A stretch of DNA of 7,514 nt from Rotaria sordida (lineage: Eukaryota), in contig CAJNOU010000143.1 in assembly GCA_905252715.1 (NCBI GenBank), positions 79,295-86,808 of the forward strand, in the 5' to 3' direction. The first letter of the stretch is position 1; each line of letters opens with the position of its first letter. This document shows, piece by piece, positions 6,364 through 7,514 of this stretch. A model generated the notes under the pieces. It was not told the origin of the DNA and did no database searches. It was given only the letters and a program-made list of their open reading frames with translations. Both the position numbers and the translations under genes were made by a program.

Positions 6364-6515
6364 ATTCGGGCATTCGGATCCATTCCATCCATTCCCATCC
6401 ATTCTCATCCATTCCCATCCATTCTCATCCATTCCCATCCATTCCCATCCATTCCCATCCATTCTCATCCATTCTCATCCATTCTCATCCATTCCCATCC
6501 ATTCCCACCCATTCC
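6364..6515. repeat. Tandem array of a 10-bp unit, ATTCYCATCC (minus strand GGATGRGAAT), about 15 units with degenerate ends
   Basis: Read directly from the sequence. Twelve units sit in perfect 10-bp register from 6391 to 6510. Their variable base reads C,T,C,T,C,C,C,T,T,T,C,C, and the last unit is ATTCCCACCC. Degenerate units lie at 6364-6390 (ATTCGGGC, ATTCGGATCC, ATTCCATCC), and a half unit at 6511-6515. Confidence 0.95.
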
Positions 6516-7514
6516 TTGATTCTCAAATATATTTCTGGCTTTCTTAAATTGTCGAAATTGTATGATAAGAATGCATTTTTTTCCTTAGATTGTCTATCTT
6601 CTACTGACCGAAGTCAAAATATTTTATGTCATATTGATGACTGTTTCACAACAGATTGCATTTAATACTATGAGAATAAGTCTTTAAATTCAGCAATGCT
6701 CTAAACGATTGTATATACTGTAGAAATTAATATAAGAGAGGGAAGAACTCACCCTAACATTTCTGATCACTTTCAGCTAATTCAAGTAACTATCATTTCT
6801 TCATATCTAATCAAGTACATTTTTATCATGTGTAAGTGATTTTACACGGTAATATGGCCATGTATTTTATATTTAGATAATCGTTCGAAAAATGCTGTTA
6901 AAATCAACCCATACAGATACAGTGCATCAGATAAACTTTTCCATTTACCTTTTAGTATATTGAAATAAGAATATGCTGTACTAAGAAACAGTGATTGTTA
7001 ATAATTAAACTCGTCAACGATAAACTATTTCAAATTTTTTTCCTATTATTAGTAGTAAAATAAAAAACTTTAGATCCTTTTAAATAATGATTATTAATCA
7101 TCGCAATTCGTAGTGATTCTTGTTTAATAATATTTATATATTCAAAGTGAAATAGAAGATTTGTTGACTTAGCAGATAATACTCAGTTTTTAATGCCATT
7201 GTAACTTTTTACATTAAAGTGTAAGTAATATTTTGAATTCAAATAGATAAAATATCGATGAATACGTTCAGAAACTTTTTAAATATTTCTAATATAAGAT
7301 AATCAAAAAAAGTCTGTCTCCTATCTCGAAAAAGATTATGTTAAACGTCACAAAAAAGAAGCATTTTATCGAGTATAAAAAATGCATTTTTTTACTTATG
7401 ACAAATAGCCAACGAAATTGAACAAAAAAAAGATAATTATTAATTTTTGTGGAACTCACATATGTTTTCGAAGAAAATAGTGAGTGTAAGTTTTAAGTTC
7501 GAGTTTTGGCGGCT

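Noticed and set aside
6364-6515. A regularly spaced short-repeat array that might be taken for a CRISPR array.
   Set aside because: The units are 10 bp and directly abutting, with no unique spacers. The surrounding genes contain introns, so this is eukaryotic DNA. It is a minisatellite.
6273-6665. Two overlapping + strand ORFs (130 aa and 79 aa) encoding HSHPFPSIPI-type repeats.
   Set aside because: They are held open only because the 10-bp ATTCYCATCC unit has no stop codon in these frames. Two frames open across the same repeat is the signature of a repeat artefact, and there is no splice or start context.
7377-7392. A perfect 16-bp palindrome, AAAAAATGCATTTTTT. The 13-mer AATGCATTTTTTT also recurs at 6570-6582.
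   Set aside because: A/T homopolymer arms around TGCA are easily produced in DNA this AT-rich. A rough estimate gives several chance 13-mer repeats per window of this size and composition.

Overview
This window is AT-rich eukaryotic (metazoan-type) nuclear DNA, not a prokaryotic locus. I see no operon, CRISPR array, defence system or mobile-element ORF. The one confidently identified gene is a complete five-exon nicotinate phosphoribosyltransferase (NAPRT) gene on the + strand (3714-5574). It has four very short GT..AG introns (67, 54, 50 and 67 nt) and encodes a 540-aa protein that is collinear, from memory, with animal NAPRT.

About 430 bp downstream of NAPRT lies a small repeat island (6007-6515) with three components:
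- two homologous hairpin-forming elements exactly 270 bp apart, differing by a compensatory base-pair change;
- short TGTGGG / ACACCC hexamer tracts in opposed orientation;
- a roughly 15-unit tandem array of a 10-bp unit, ATTCYCATCC.

As far as I recall, TGTGGG is the telomeric hexamer of bdelloid rotifers. Together with the low GC, the 50-70 nt introns and the apparent lack of CpG depletion, this makes a bdelloid rotifer or a similar small-intron invertebrate a tentative source. This attribution is unverified.

The left half of the window holds only unidentifiable minus-strand open frames. One of them (231-707) is too long to be chance in DNA this AT-rich. A second is a tentative two-exon Cys/His-rich model (2759-3158) lying head-to-head with NAPRT. 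There is also a roughly 300-bp strand-asymmetric polypyrimidine block (1262-1568).

Several ORFs in the supplied track are artefacts: intron read-through, off-frame or antisense ORFs inside NAPRT exons, and ORFs held open by repeats or base composition.
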